Below are positions 31,421-42,437 of a stretch of DNA of 64,000 nt, one piece after another. The notes beneath the pieces were generated by a model. The model was not told the origin of the DNA, searched no databases, and saw only the letters and a list, made by a program, of their open reading frames with translations. The translations under genes and the position numbers were made by a program. Within the stretch, counting starts at the first letter, position 1. Each line of letters opens with the position of its first letter. The DNA comes from Cyanobacteriota bacterium (GTDB lineage Bacteria > Cyanobacteriota > Vampirovibrionia > Vampirovibrionales > Vampirovibrionaceae), in NCBI GenBank assembly GCA_019751815.1, contig JAIEMW010000001.1, positions 65,564 to 129,563 on the forward strand, written 5' to 3'.

Positions 31421-31996
31421 TTACGATTTAATGAGTTTCAGCATAACTTGAGTCTCAGAAGAGCCTGAGTGACGCTTTTCCCGAAGTTCTTTGCGGATTC
31501 GTTCCAATAAAGGTCGATAGGCGGCTAGCAAAGAGCGGTAATCTTCAAGCTCTAAGTATTGCTTCGCCGTGGTTAAAACCTGTTGGGCCTCACGATATTT
31601 CTTTAAGCGAATAAGTAAGACCAGTTTTTGGTCGACGACGGTGCTAAAAAGATATTGCTTATGGGATTCAATGAGTGGAAGCGCTTGTTCACAGCAATGC
31701 AGCGCTTCTCTGTGCTGACCCAGCACATCCAATACACCGGCTTTGGAGATCAAGGCTTCTGCACAATATTGATTCAACTCTAAAGCCCGGTTTAAAACTT
31801 GTAAGGCTTCCATGTCCCGGTTCAGACAAAAAAGAATATCGCCTTTTAACACCAAGGCACGAATGTCCTGAGGTGTCAGCTCCAAGTTCTTTTCCACCAT
31901 TGCAAGGGCAGCCTCATAGTCACCCTCGTAGATGAACAAGTCACCAGCGGTCTTGAAATATCTCTCTGCAGAAAAATTCAGGACTTTATTGAGCAT
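31421..31996 (-). CDS. tetratricopeptide repeat protein
   Basis: GDYEAAL...ALVLKGDILFCL...ALISKAGVLDVLG TPR pattern. Confidence 0.85.
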   Translation of the reverse strand: MLNKVLNFSAERYFKTAGDLFIYEGDYEAALAMVEKNLELTPQDIRALVLKGDILFCLNRDMEALQVLNRALELNQYCAEALISKAGVLDVLGQHREALHCCEQALPLIESHKQYLFSTVVDQKLVLLIRLKKYREAQQVLTTAKQYLELEDYRSLLAAYRPLLERIRKELREKRHSGSSETQVMLKLIKS

Positions 31997-32409
31997 CGGT
32001 AGTCGGGTCAAAACTCTCTTAATCCTTAGAACACAAAATGGAGAACACAAAATGAAGACGTTTTTAGAACACCAAATCAAGACGATTTTTTGTGTAAGTA
32101 GTTGTGTATCCCTCGTCCGTCCAAGTTTATCTGTACCCCACTATCCTATCAGATTGTCTGGATTTCGATTGTCACTTTTAAGGGGTAACGTAAGCAAAAC
32201 AGTGAGTTTATCAGGGGCAGAATCCTTCACAATCCCCATATGCAGATGAATGTTTACTCTCCAAACTCGTGCGTCTCCTCTTTGTTGTATTGAGGCGTTT
32301 TTTTAAAGTTTACATATGTTAATTTTTGGGCGTCTTGTTGTGGATTGTCTCTTTAGGTGCCGACAAGTTGAGTAGTTAATGAGGAGTTTTAGGCAGGAGT
32401 TTTCGGCAT

Positions 32410-34269
32410 ATGGTTATTAGGGTATCGCCAACAGTGGTCAGCTGTTTTCTGACTTTCGGCATGATATTGAGCTCGGCGTATTTTTCCCAGGCAGATGCAA
32501 CTTCACCGGTGCTGAAGGGGACTGTGACTCGCCGTGATCGTCTACCGGTAGAGACTTTTTCTAATTTTGATCCTGAAAAGATTGGTTTACCTGGTAAATT
32601 AGGTGCTAGCTCGCTTCAAAAAGCCCAAAAGCAATTATCAAAAACACAGTTACGTGCTGCAGAAGCTCAGTTTAAGGCATTAATTCGAAGAAATCCCAGA
32701 AATGTCCTGGCTCACCGGGGGCTTGGTAATACGTATTACGAGTGGACCAGTAGTTCGGACGGCACCGTTCGCCAAAATAAAGACGCACTGTTAGAGCAGG
32801 CGGCACAATCATTATTGACTTCGCTTCGCTTACGACCTCGCTATATCGATGCTGCTGTGGATCTGGCTAGAGTGTATCAGGCTCAAGGTAGAGTGGCAGA
32901 GGCAGAATCACTCATATCTGTAGCAGTCAAATGGCCAGGTGCTGCTAAGAACCCCTCTCTGCAAGAAGCCTTCGGCGCGATGTTACTGCAAAAAAATCAG
33001 GTGACTGAGGCGATGCCCCGTCTGATTCGCTCCATTCGATTAAAGAGTAGAAACCCAGTGGCCTATTATCAACTCAGTAAAGCCTATACTCAACAAGGGC
33101 AAACACACAAAGCGCTGATTGCGCTGGAAACAGCCCTCTATCAACAGCCCAACAATGCTGCGGTTTATACACAATTGGGCCGGGTTTACGCCCAGCAGGG
33201 CAATGGGGCTGCTGCTGTCAATGCATTTCAAAAAGCGCTGGCGATTAAGCCAGAATCAGAAGAAGCCTCCCGAGCCCTGATTCAATACTATCAAGCGCGT
33301 GGGGATGCGCCCCTTGCAAGCGCACTCATGAAAAACCTGCAAGAAAGCCTGCTTCAGGCCGGTGATAATGAGTCATTGGACAAGGCGGATTCGCTCACTC
33401 TGGATATTGCTAGAGAAGCCCTCAGACAAGACCAGCCTGATATTGCCCGGGCTTATTACAAGCAGTTCTTAGAAGAGCATCCCAATCAGCCTGAAGCAAC
33501 AAAGGGGATGACAGATGTTGCGATGACACAGGCGGCCAAAGAAAGAACGATGTCTCTGGCCTTTGAAGGGCATTTGGGTCGTGATGCAGCCGTTCTCGGT
33601 TATGTCGATGAAGCCTTAAGCTATCAGCCCGATCATTTGGAAGCCAAGCTGCTCCAAGCCAGGGTGTTCGGGCCTGGGGGCATGCAAAAAACAGCGTCTA
33701 ACACGCAACTCAATCAGGAAGGTGCTGGTGTGAATGCCTTGGTATCCAAAGCCTTGGCAAGACAGTCCAGAATGGAGCTCACTCAGGCAAGCCAGATATA
33801 CGCCCAAGCTGTGAGTTCTGTGAGAACTGCATCGGATTGTTTTACATTGGGTGAGCTACTGCTGACAATGGGACAGCCGACCTGGGCCTTGAAAGCCTTT
33901 GAACGCGGTGCCAAAGATCTACCACCGGATCGTGCCGCCAGTGTGAGGCTCCTGGGTGAACAAAAGGCCATGGCGCAGATGCAACAGGCCAAGCAGCGGG
34001 TGCTACAGGCTGCCCGCCTCACAGACAAAAAAGAGAATACCCAAGTTCTAAAAGATTCTCTCCTTCAAGAGGCCTTGGTTCTAGATGAAACCAATAGCCA
34101 AGCCCACTGGTTACTGGGCCAAAGCATGGAAAAGCAAAAGCGCTACGCTGAAGCCATTACTCACTATCAGGCCTATATGCAGCTTGAGCAAATTGGAGAG
34201 CAAGTCCAACGCACGCAAGAGAAAATAGCCTCTCTGGCACGCCGTCTGGCTAAATCTCAACGGGCGTAA
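32410..34269 (+). CDS. exported tetratricopeptide repeat protein
   Basis: Signal peptide (ADA), many TPR motifs (AHRGLG, AYYQLS, VYTQLGRVY, AHWLLG). Confidence 0.88.
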   Translation: MVIRVSPTVVSCFLTFGMILSSAYFSQADATSPVLKGTVTRRDRLPVETFSNFDPEKIGLPGKLGASSLQKAQKQLSKTQLRAAEAQFKALIRRNPRNVLAHRGLGNTYYEWTSSSDGTVRQNKDALLEQAAQSLLTSLRLRPRYIDAAVDLARVYQAQGRVAEAESLISVAVKWPGAAKNPSLQEAFGAMLLQKNQVTEAMPRLIRSIRLKSRNPVAYYQLSKAYTQQGQTHKALIALETALYQQPNNAAVYTQLGRVYAQQGNGAAAVNAFQKALAIKPESEEASRALIQYYQARGDAPLASALMKNLQESLLQAGDNESLDKADSLTLDIAREALRQDQPDIARAYYKQFLEEHPNQPEATKGMTDVAMTQAAKERTMSLAFEGHLGRDAAVLGYVDEALSYQPDHLEAKLLQARVFGPGGMQKTASNTQLNQEGAGVNALVSKALARQSRMELTQASQIYAQAVSSVRTASDCFTLGELLLTMGQPTWALKAFERGAKDLPPDRAASVRLLGEQKAMAQMQQAKQRVLQAARLTDKKENTQVLKDSLLQEALVLDETNSQAHWLLGQSMEKQKRYAEAITHYQAYMQLEQIGEQVQRTQEKIASLARRLAKSQRA

Positions 34270-34362
34270 TTAATCTAAATTTGCCATGTTCTTGCTACAA
34301 TCAGGCCAACGTTTAACATTGGTTCTGTTCGCATTGGACCTTGCCTTAAGCAGAAAGTTTTT

Positions 34363-37098
34363 TTGATGGTAACCTCCAGTACCCATGTCTTGGAAACAGA
34401 AATACTGCCTCACGTAGCCAAACCAGGCCGTTATATTGGCTTAGAGCAGGGGACATTCAACAAATCTTTTGAAAAGGCCGCTGTGACGATGGCAGCCACC
34501 TTTCCAGAGTTATACGAGATTGGGTTTTCCAATTACGGACTCAAACTTCTCTACAGTCTCGTAAATCAACAGCCAGATTATATGTGTGACCGTGTTTATG
34601 CCCCCGCGCTCGACTTTAAAGAAGCACTGGGCAAACATCACATTCCTCTCTTTGCTGTGGAGTCCAAACAAGCACTGGTGGATTTTGATCTACTGGCCTT
34701 TTCACTCCAGTATGAACTCAATTACACCACGATCCTGGGGCTATTGGAGTCGGCCTGCATCCAGTTCCGTGCTGAGGACCGAAAAAATCCGATGCCAGAG
34801 AGACTGTGTGGGGTAAAATCCAGCTGGCCTATCCTGATTGCAGGCGGTCCTGGCAGTGCCAACCCGATGCCGCTTTCTCCTTTCTTTGACGCCTTTATTC
34901 TCGGTGACGGAGAAGAGGTACTGCTCGAGATTTTGGATTATCTCAAACAGGTCAAGGCTGAAAAGAAGTGGGATCGAGAGAGTATCCTTTCATATTTAGC
35001 CACAGTAGAAGGGATTTACGTCCCAGGGAAATCTCAAAAAGCCTATAAACGCATTGTCGATATTGCCGAAAAACCTGTTACGTTGGCCCCCTTAATCCCT
35101 ACGGTAGGGGCGGTGCACGACCGTGTAGTGGTTGAGGCCCGTCGGGGCTGTGACCGGATGTGCCGTTTTTGCCAACCCTGCTTTATTAATCTGCCGGTTC
35201 GAGAGCAGAGCATCGAAACCATCAAAGAATCTGCACTCAGGGATATCGAAAAGACAGGATACGAGGAATGTTCCCTGCTGTCTTTGTCTATCGCAGATTA
35301 CTCTTACTTTAAGCCGATGATTTTGGAAGTGGCAGACGCACTCAAGGAGAAGAATGTCTCCTTATCCCTGCCCAGCCAGAGGGCTGATCGCTTTAGTCTG
35401 GAAGTGGCGGATGCTGTCCAAAGTGTTCGTAAAAGCACGCTGACCTTTGCCCCAGAAGCCGGTACGGCCAGAATGAGGGATGTGATCAACAAGAATTTGA
35501 GTGATGAAGAGATTATGAACGCCGTAACAACCGCCTATCAGGCCGGTTGGAATAAGGTCAAGCTCTATTTTATGATTGGTCTGCCCACTGAGACCACGGC
35601 TGATCTGGACGGCATTCTGGATACGGTCCGTCGGATGAAGCAACTGTGTGCCGCTATTCGCCGGGATGAGGCAACAAACACCTTTCGGCAGAATCTGGAA
35701 GTCAATGTCACCATCTCCAATTTTGTGCCCAAGCCTCACACACCGTTTCAATGGTTCCCTCAAGACAGTCTGGCACAGTTGCACGAGAAAATTCGCTACA
35801 TCAAAGAGCAGGTGAGAGCCTCCAAAGGGTCGATGAGTGGGGTGAAGTTTAACTTTACTGACCCCGAATTGAGTAAGCTTGAAGCCTTAATCAGCAAAGG
35901 CGATAACCGTCTTGCCGATGTGATCGAGCGGGCCTATAGCAAAGGGGCCTATTTAGATGCCTGGGAGGATGTTCGTTCCTTTGACAAGTGGTTTGAATCC
36001 CTCAAAGAAGTGGGTTTGGACCCAGAAGTGCTGACACAAGAAATTTATACTGACCCTGATGACCCGCTGCCCTGGGCGCCAATTGACATGGGGCTGACGC
36101 ATGAATGGCTCAAGACAGAGTATGAGCGTGCAGTGACTGCGGCCAGTACCACGCCTTGCTTTGAAACCTGTAGTACGTGTGGGGTTTGTGCCACCTATAC
36201 GACCTGGCCAAAGTTTATTGAGACACCCAAGCATGCTGGAAATGGCCCAATCAAGCTGAAAGAGATTAAGCTGAAAGAAAAGAACCCTGCCTCAGAAAAA
36301 CGCAAACATGCCCGTTTTATCGATGTCTCTGATCGCCCCGAACAACTGCAGAAAGAGCCGGTAGTGGTGCTTCGATTGATTGTAGAGAAACGCGGACGGC
36401 TTCGCTTTATCTCGCACCTGGACTGGTTGAGAATGCTTCACCGTGTGGTTTCGCGTGCTAAATTGCCTGTTGCTTACAGCCAGGGGTTTAATCCCAAGCC
36501 CAAAATTGGATTTAGTCCCGCGCTCTCCATGTTAATGGAAAGCTCAGGTGAATTGGTGGATATTGAACTGACAGAAGCCCCCGGACAAGATCAGGTTCAC
36601 GCATTCATTGTCCTGATGAATCAATTGCTCCCTGAAGGCGGACGGATACAAGAGGGGACGGTGCTTCCCTGGCCCACTCCATCCATTGACCGATCCATTG
36701 TTGCTGTAAATTACATTGCCCGGTGGACTTGCAATGACCCTGATATAGAGGGTAAGATGAAAGAAATTGTGGCAGATTTGGCTGGTCGTTCCAGTTTGCC
36801 TGTCACGGTTCAGACCAAGCAATCGACAAAAAGTTTTGATTTAATCCCCTATCTCTCTGAATGTCGGATGGCCGATTTTCGCAGGGATGGCAGTAACGGT
36901 CTTCGGTTTTCGTTTAAAACCCGCTTCCAACCCAAGGACCCTGCGGTGTTTATCAAGCCTGATTGGTTGCTGAGTAACCTGGATCCCCAGGGGCAATGGC
37001 CCGACTTACGCTGGTCTGTCACTCGAACAGGTTTTGAACTATCTCAAAAGGCATTTACACAAGAATTTTCTGGTTTAACAAACCCCAATGACAATTAG
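34363..37098 (+). CDS. TIGR03960-family radical SAM protein fused to a DUF2344/TIGR03936 domain
   Basis: KPGRYIG.E, RGCDRMCRFCQ, TFAPEAGT, FVPKPHTPFQW, CxxCxxC; C-terminal RFISHLD...SQGFNPKPKI; upstream of rne as in cyanobacteria. Confidence 0.92.
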   Translation: MMVTSSTHVLETEILPHVAKPGRYIGLEQGTFNKSFEKAAVTMAATFPELYEIGFSNYGLKLLYSLVNQQPDYMCDRVYAPALDFKEALGKHHIPLFAVESKQALVDFDLLAFSLQYELNYTTILGLLESACIQFRAEDRKNPMPERLCGVKSSWPILIAGGPGSANPMPLSPFFDAFILGDGEEVLLEILDYLKQVKAEKKWDRESILSYLATVEGIYVPGKSQKAYKRIVDIAEKPVTLAPLIPTVGAVHDRVVVEARRGCDRMCRFCQPCFINLPVREQSIETIKESALRDIEKTGYEECSLLSLSIADYSYFKPMILEVADALKEKNVSLSLPSQRADRFSLEVADAVQSVRKSTLTFAPEAGTARMRDVINKNLSDEEIMNAVTTAYQAGWNKVKLYFMIGLPTETTADLDGILDTVRRMKQLCAAIRRDEATNTFRQNLEVNVTISNFVPKPHTPFQWFPQDSLAQLHEKIRYIKEQVRASKGSMSGVKFNFTDPELSKLEALISKGDNRLADVIERAYSKGAYLDAWEDVRSFDKWFESLKEVGLDPEVLTQEIYTDPDDPLPWAPIDMGLTHEWLKTEYERAVTAASTTPCFETCSTCGVCATYTTWPKFIETPKHAGNGPIKLKEIKLKEKNPASEKRKHARFIDVSDRPEQLQKEPVVVLRLIVEKRGRLRFISHLDWLRMLHRVVSRAKLPVAYSQGFNPKPKIGFSPALSMLMESSGELVDIELTEAPGQDQVHAFIVLMNQLLPEGGRIQEGTVLPWPTPSIDRSIVAVNYIARWTCNDPDIEGKMKEIVADLAGRSSLPVTVQTKQSTKSFDLIPYLSECRMADFRRDGSNGLRFSFKTRFQPKDPAVFIKPDWLLSNLDPQGQWPDLRWSVTRTGFELSQKAFTQEFSGLTNPNDN

Positions 37099-37218
37099 TG
37101 AACCCGTAAACAAAGGTTGTTACAAGTTTGCCTGCTGGCTGCATAAGCCTGTAGGGATGTTTTATTAGTTTGAAATGATTTGATATCTTGATAATGATTG
37201 AAAAGGATTTTATTGATT

Positions 37219-39780
37219 ATGACGAAACGTCGGGTAATTGTGTCCGAGCGGGACAATATTGCTGCCTTGATGGAGGACGATCGGGCGGTCGAATTTATTA
37301 TTCACCGAGGAGATATTCTGCTCGGGGATGTTTATCTCGCCTCAGTTGAAAATATCTTACCCAGTATTGATGCCGCCTTTGTGAATGTGGGTGGGGACAA
37401 AATGGGGTTTTTACACTCCAGTGATGTCCAAGGTAAGGGCGATTTAACCCACCGTCTACAACCCAAACAACAATTGGTTGTTCAGGTTATGAAAGAACCT
37501 ACAGGCCACAAGGGACCTCGCGTCACCACTGATATCAGCCTGCCGGGTCGCTTCCTAGTCTTAATGCCCCAATCCAAAGGGATTAGTATTAGTCGTAAGA
37601 TCGAGCAGCAGTCTGAGCGTGCGCGACTAAAATCGGTTGTCAGCTTGATTAAGCCCCCAGGTGTGGGTGTGATCATCCGGACTGAAGCTAATTTACAATC
37701 AGAGTCTGATATCCAAGAAGATTTTGAGATCCTGATGGAGCGCTGGCAAACAGTGGTCCAAATGGCGGATACTTCGGCCCCGCCCACTTTGTTATACCGG
37801 GATCAGGATCTGCTGTACCGGGTTATTCGAGAAATTGTGACCGACGATGTCCAGGAGATTCTGGTAGACACCAATTTTGGTCAGCAACGGGCGCAACAGC
37901 TGCTGCAAAACTGGAATATGGAAAAAGGGATTAAAGTAACCGTTTACAACGGCAACCAGTCCATTCTGGTGGGCACCTCTGTTGACCGTGAGATTAAGCA
38001 AGCCTTGCAAACCAGAGTGCCACTGCCCAGTGGTGGGTATCTCTACATTCAGGCAACAGAAGCACTGACGGTCGTAGACGTGAACAGTGGAAAGTTCACG
38101 AGCTTAAAATCTCAGGCTGAGACGATTCGTCTCACCAATTTAGAGGCCACCAAAGAGATCGCCAGACAACTTCGGTTGAGAAACATTGGCGGGATGATTA
38201 TTGTCGATTTTATCGATATGGAATCCCGTGCAGACCAACTTTCGACGTTAGAAGCGTTCGAAAATGAGCTGGCACCGGATAAATCTAAGCCACAAATTGG
38301 TCAATTGTCTGATCTTGGCTTGGTTGAAATGACTCGCCACCGACAAGGACAGGCTCTGAGTGAAATTTTTACCAAAAACTGTACCGCGTGTAATGCCACG
38401 GGTCATGCGGTGGAAGAGTTCAACTGGGCGCCGCCTTCTTTGGACGGGGATCCCAGAAGCGCCTCGAGAGCTGGTAGAAACGCTTTCCCTGTGCGCCAAG
38501 TGAAACAACCCAAAGGTGCCCCCCCGCAAAGAGGCCCTGGCGGTCCAGAACGAGGTCCTGGTGGGCCAGAACGAGGACCCGGACGTCTTGCTTTAATCCA
38601 TGTCGACCCTCTGAAACAAGCGATGTCCGACGATCAACATTTGCCCAAAAGCTTGTTATTTAGGCACTTGTCAGAGGTGGCAAAAATTGCCAAAGGCCGG
38701 CCTTTGGATGCCAAACAGATTGAAGACATGTTGAAAAACAAACTGGCAGCCTTTGCTGGATTTCGATTTGCCACGGTGGCCAAAGTAGCCTATACGCCAG
38801 CCGGTGTGAACGGTATTTTGAGTCGTATTAATCCCAAATGTAATGACATTGTGACCCTGGTCCATGCGATTGAAGACGGGACAGCCATTACCTTGATGCC
38901 CCGATTGGGTGCTTCAGAAAGTGAAGAGGAAGAGCTCGACCGTGCTGAAGCATTGTCCGATGCGCTTTCCTTCCCTGGGGCGGGTGAATTTGAAGATGAT
39001 CCCAGTGATGACGATGACTCAGAAGATGAGCCTCAGGTCTTAGAAGGGACTGTGGTTCGTCGCGGCGAAGAATCTAAGCCATCGAGAAGTACGGATGGTT
39101 CTAAAACCATACGCTCAGCCCAATTAGAGCAAGACTCTGATCTGATCGACCTAGATGATGAAGATATGGACGGCGCTGACGAGGATAATCTCGCCTCGGA
39201 TCATTATTCTGATTCGGATTTGGATGAGAACGGTGATGAGGCCGACGGTCCCCGTCGTGGCGTTGCTCAAAGTGCAGCTGCTGCGGCAGCCAGCCGTGAG
39301 CGCAGTGGCGGTAGACGAAACCGCAGGCCAGGGCGTTCCGCTAAAAATAATCCGTCTTCTTTGCCAAATAATGCCCCACCCAATAGCACTTCTCGTAGCG
39401 GTGGTGTCCCTCGTGCCAGCCTGTCAGAAGATTTCCAGGTGGAAGCAACCCGTCGTCCGAGTGCCTCAACAGCCTTGTTAGACGATCTGGATCCTGATAT
39501 CGAGGCTGTATTGGATGATTACGGTCAGGCATCTCAGGAAAGCCCTAAGGCAAAACCGGAGACCGCGCGTAAGGCAACAGCCACAGGTAATCGGGCAAAA
39601 GTGGCGCCCAAGCCCAAGGCCGCCAAACTGTTTGATACTGAGGAAGTCCTTGAGATTGACGACCTCGAAATCGAGGCTTATGCTCCTACTTCCCCAGAGG
39701 CTGAAGCTGAAAAGTCTGTGCTGCCTAAAAAGATGACCCCGGCGTCTGCTAAAAAAGCGTTGCTCTCGGAAGAGGACTAG
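37219..39780 (+). CDS. rne: ribonuclease E/G with long disordered C-terminal region
   Basis: GDVYLA.VENILPSIDAAFV, KEPTGHKGPR, TEALTVVDVNSG, RLRNIGGMIIVDFIDM, CxxC Zn link. Confidence 0.95.
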   Translation: MTKRRVIVSERDNIAALMEDDRAVEFIIHRGDILLGDVYLASVENILPSIDAAFVNVGGDKMGFLHSSDVQGKGDLTHRLQPKQQLVVQVMKEPTGHKGPRVTTDISLPGRFLVLMPQSKGISISRKIEQQSERARLKSVVSLIKPPGVGVIIRTEANLQSESDIQEDFEILMERWQTVVQMADTSAPPTLLYRDQDLLYRVIREIVTDDVQEILVDTNFGQQRAQQLLQNWNMEKGIKVTVYNGNQSILVGTSVDREIKQALQTRVPLPSGGYLYIQATEALTVVDVNSGKFTSLKSQAETIRLTNLEATKEIARQLRLRNIGGMIIVDFIDMESRADQLSTLEAFENELAPDKSKPQIGQLSDLGLVEMTRHRQGQALSEIFTKNCTACNATGHAVEEFNWAPPSLDGDPRSASRAGRNAFPVRQVKQPKGAPPQRGPGGPERGPGGPERGPGRLALIHVDPLKQAMSDDQHLPKSLLFRHLSEVAKIAKGRPLDAKQIEDMLKNKLAAFAGFRFATVAKVAYTPAGVNGILSRINPKCNDIVTLVHAIEDGTAITLMPRLGASESEEEELDRAEALSDALSFPGAGEFEDDPSDDDDSEDEPQVLEGTVVRRGEESKPSRSTDGSKTIRSAQLEQDSDLIDLDDEDMDGADEDNLASDHYSDSDLDENGDEADGPRRGVAQSAAAAAASRERSGGRRNRRPGRSAKNNPSSLPNNAPPNSTSRSGGVPRASLSEDFQVEATRRPSASTALLDDLDPDIEAVLDDYGQASQESPKAKPETARKATATGNRAKVAPKPKAAKLFDTEEVLEIDDLEIEAYAPTSPEAEAEKSVLPKKMTPASAKKALLSEED

Positions 39781-39820
39781 TCTAAAGAAAACGAGTCTAA
39801 AGATGCCTAAGGCCTTTGAA

Positions 39821-40174
39821 TTAAGGGCTCTCGCCGACGGTTAAGGCCTGCAGCCGGGAGACCGGGCGTCCGTGGATCAGATGCTCTTCGATAACTTCTG
39901 GGACATCCCCCGCTGTAACGTGATGGTACCAGATGCCGTCTGGGTAAATCAAAACGGCTGGACCAACAGCGCAGAGGCCAACAGAGCCACATGTGCTGAC
40001 AATCACAGAACCAGTCATTGTGCCCCGCTTACCGTAAAGCATCCCGCGGTCAGCAAGTTCTTTCCAAAAGCACTCCAGTGTCTCTTGGCTTTGATTGTTG
40101 CTGCATGAGCTGCCTGTGCAGACAAAAATGTGTTTTTTAAGGTGAGCTTGAGTGACGGGGACATTGTCGAGCAT
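39821..40174 (-). CDS. thioredoxin-like (2Fe-2S) ferredoxin
   Basis: HIFVCTGSSC...CGSVGLCAVGP..IYPDGIWY...HLIHGRPV. Confidence 0.9.
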   Translation of the reverse strand: MLDNVPVTQAHLKKHIFVCTGSSCSNNQSQETLECFWKELADRGMLYGKRGTMTGSVIVSTCGSVGLCAVGPAVLIYPDGIWYHHVTAGDVPEVIEEHLIHGRPVSRLQALTVGESP

Positions 40175-40206
40175 AATTGAAGTACCAGTTATCGTCGAAT
40201 GACCAG

Positions 40207-41037
40207 TTAAGGCGCGGAGGCTTCCAGGATATTTTCGATGTCTGATTGAATCTGACGGTGATTGACGGGAGAAGCTTGGTAGGCGGTGATAATTTGCCGA
40301 TGAGTGTCTAGTAATAGATACAGGGGAAAGGCATGACGGGCACTGGCATGTTGTAAAAACGTTTGTGAGTTTACCCATTTTTGATTTCCCAGAGTGTCCA
40401 GGGCGAGTGAATTGACGGTGAGCTTGCTACCGTAATGCCGGATCACAGTTTTGCTCATTGCTTTACCGGATTTTTCAATGGCGCTGCAAGCGGCCACACA
40501 GGGGGCTGGAAAAATCTGAAGCAAGGTCAGCCGGTGTTTTGGGAGTTGCGGCAGTGAGGGGGGGAGTTTTTCTAACCTGGGGAGCTTTCCTGCGGCCTGA
40601 TACGCGAGTCCGATCAGCGTGGTGCCCCTGATGTTATCGGTCATTTTACCGATGGGGCGGTGGTTTTTATCATAAAACACATAGGTTGGGGTCCCCTCAA
40701 TCTGGTAGGTAAACTGATACCGCGTTGTGTTAGGGCGGTCAATATCGAGCATGATCACGGTTAAATCTTTGCCAAGTTCTTGGGATAGCTTTTGAATAAT
40801 GGGCTCCATGGTTTGGCATGTACTACAGGTGGGGCTGTAAAAATCCAGTAGAATGGCTTTTGGCTTGGGTGATGTTTTACTCGGCTTGGCGACCAAATCA
40901 GACGGCAGTGCTGGAATAGACGCGGCTTGTGTTGCAACACTGAATATTCCCGGTAGCAGTAAGAGAGCACCTGCCGTGATGAGCAGGCAGAGTAGCCGAT
41001 GTTTGGGTTTGGGGGAGGTGTGAGCAGTGTTGGGCAA
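40207..41037 (-). CDS. exported thioredoxin-domain protein (TxlA-like)
   Basis: Signal/TM helix, LLDFYSPTCSTC, GTPTYVF; second degenerate thioredoxin-like domain with CVAAC. Confidence 0.8.
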   Translation of the reverse strand: MPNTAHTSPKPKHRLLCLLITAGALLLLPGIFSVATQAASIPALPSDLVAKPSKTSPKPKAILLDFYSPTCSTCQTMEPIIQKLSQELGKDLTVIMLDIDRPNTTRYQFTYQIEGTPTYVFYDKNHRPIGKMTDNIRGTTLIGLAYQAAGKLPRLEKLPPSLPQLPKHRLTLLQIFPAPCVAACSAIEKSGKAMSKTVIRHYGSKLTVNSLALDTLGNQKWVNSQTFLQHASARHAFPLYLLLDTHRQIITAYQASPVNHRQIQSDIENILEASAP

Positions 41038-41226
41038 AAAAGAATTCCTTCTAGTGAGTATGACCGGGCACGCTTGTTGATTTCTCTAGACGAGGGACTG
41101 AATTCATTTTATGATGAAATTGATAAGAAGCGCAGAAAAGCTGCGAAATAAGCGCTATCGCTTCTATACTAGGGTTTCTATATATGGGTTAATGCTTTGT
41201 TAGATATGTGTTCGTCTTAATGAGAG

Positions 41227-42426
41227 GTGAATGAGCCTGTGCCTGAATCAGCGTTAAATAGTCCTGACAACCGTGTCTTAATTTTTGATACCACGTTGCG
41301 CGACGGGGAACAATCAGCTGGGGCTTCTCTCAAGAACCAAGAGAAACTGCTGATTGCGCGGCAGCTGGCCAAACTCAATGTCGATGTCATAGAAGCGGGT
41401 TTTCCCTTCAGTAGCCCTGGGGATTTTGAGTCCGTTCGCCAAATCGCCGCCGAAATTGAAGGCCCAGTCATCTGTGGGTTAAGCCGAACCACCCCGCAGG
41501 ATATTGATGCTACCTGGGATGCGGTCAAAGTCTCTAAAAAACCCAGAATCCACACCTTTATTGCCACCAGTGACATCCATATTGCTGCAAAATTCAAGAA
41601 GACCCGGGATGAAATTCTTGGCATTGCACGAGATATGGTGGCTTATGCCGCTTCCAAATGTGCGGATGTAGAATTTTCGGCTGAAGATGCGGGTCGAACA
41701 GAGCCTTACTTCCTCTATAAAGTGATTGAGGCGGTGATTGATGCCGGGGCCACCACAGTCAATATCCCGGATACGGTTGGGTATACCATTCCTGAAGAGT
41801 TTGGCCGGCTAATTAAAGGCATTATGCTGCAAGTCCCTAACGTGCATAAGGCGGTTATCTCTGTGCACTGCCATAATGATCTGGGTATGGCCACGGCTAA
41901 TAGCCTAGCGGGTATTCTGAACGGGGCAAGGCAAGTTGAATGTACGATTAACGGCATTGGAGAACGCGCGGGTAATGCCGCGATGGAAGAAATTGTGATG
42001 GCTTTAAAAGTAAGGCCCGCTTATTTCGAAGGGATCCACACCCAGGTCCAGACCGAGCATTTTCTAGAGACCAGCCATATGGTCTCTGAACTGACCCATA
42101 TTTCTGTCCAGCCTAACAAGGCGATTATTGGTGAAAATGCGTTTGCACACGAGTCCGGTATTCACCAGGACGGGTTTTTAAAAGGGCGAGATACCTATGA
42201 GATTATGCAGCCCGAATGGATCGGTCTCAACGAATCGATGCTGCCTCTTGGACCCCGTTCTGGACGAGCAGCGGTAAAAGCCCGTTTGAACAGACTGGGT
42301 TTAAGCATGACAGATGACGATATGGCCCATTTCTTTAATGCCTTCAAACAACTAGCCGATGTGAAAAAACGCGTAGAAGATAGCGATCTAGAATCTCTCT
42401 TTCGTCAACTCCAGCCTCAGGCTTAA
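41227..42426 (+). CDS. leuA: 2-isopropylmalate synthase, short form without the regulatory domain
   Basis: [42 protein letters not shown]; ends at 399 aa. Confidence 0.9.
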   Translation: MNEPVPESALNSPDNRVLIFDTTLRDGEQSAGASLKNQEKLLIARQLAKLNVDVIEAGFPFSSPGDFESVRQIAAEIEGPVICGLSRTTPQDIDATWDAVKVSKKPRIHTFIATSDIHIAAKFKKTRDEILGIARDMVAYAASKCADVEFSAEDAGRTEPYFLYKVIEAVIDAGATTVNIPDTVGYTIPEEFGRLIKGIMLQVPNVHKAVISVHCHNDLGMATANSLAGILNGARQVECTINGIGERAGNAAMEEIVMALKVRPAYFEGIHTQVQTEHFLETSHMVSELTHISVQPNKAIIGENAFAHESGIHQDGFLKGRDTYEIMQPEWIGLNESMLPLGPRSGRAAVKARLNRLGLSMTDDDMAHFFNAFKQLADVKKRVEDSDLESLFRQLQPQA

Positions 42427-42437
42427 GAAGCTAAAGC

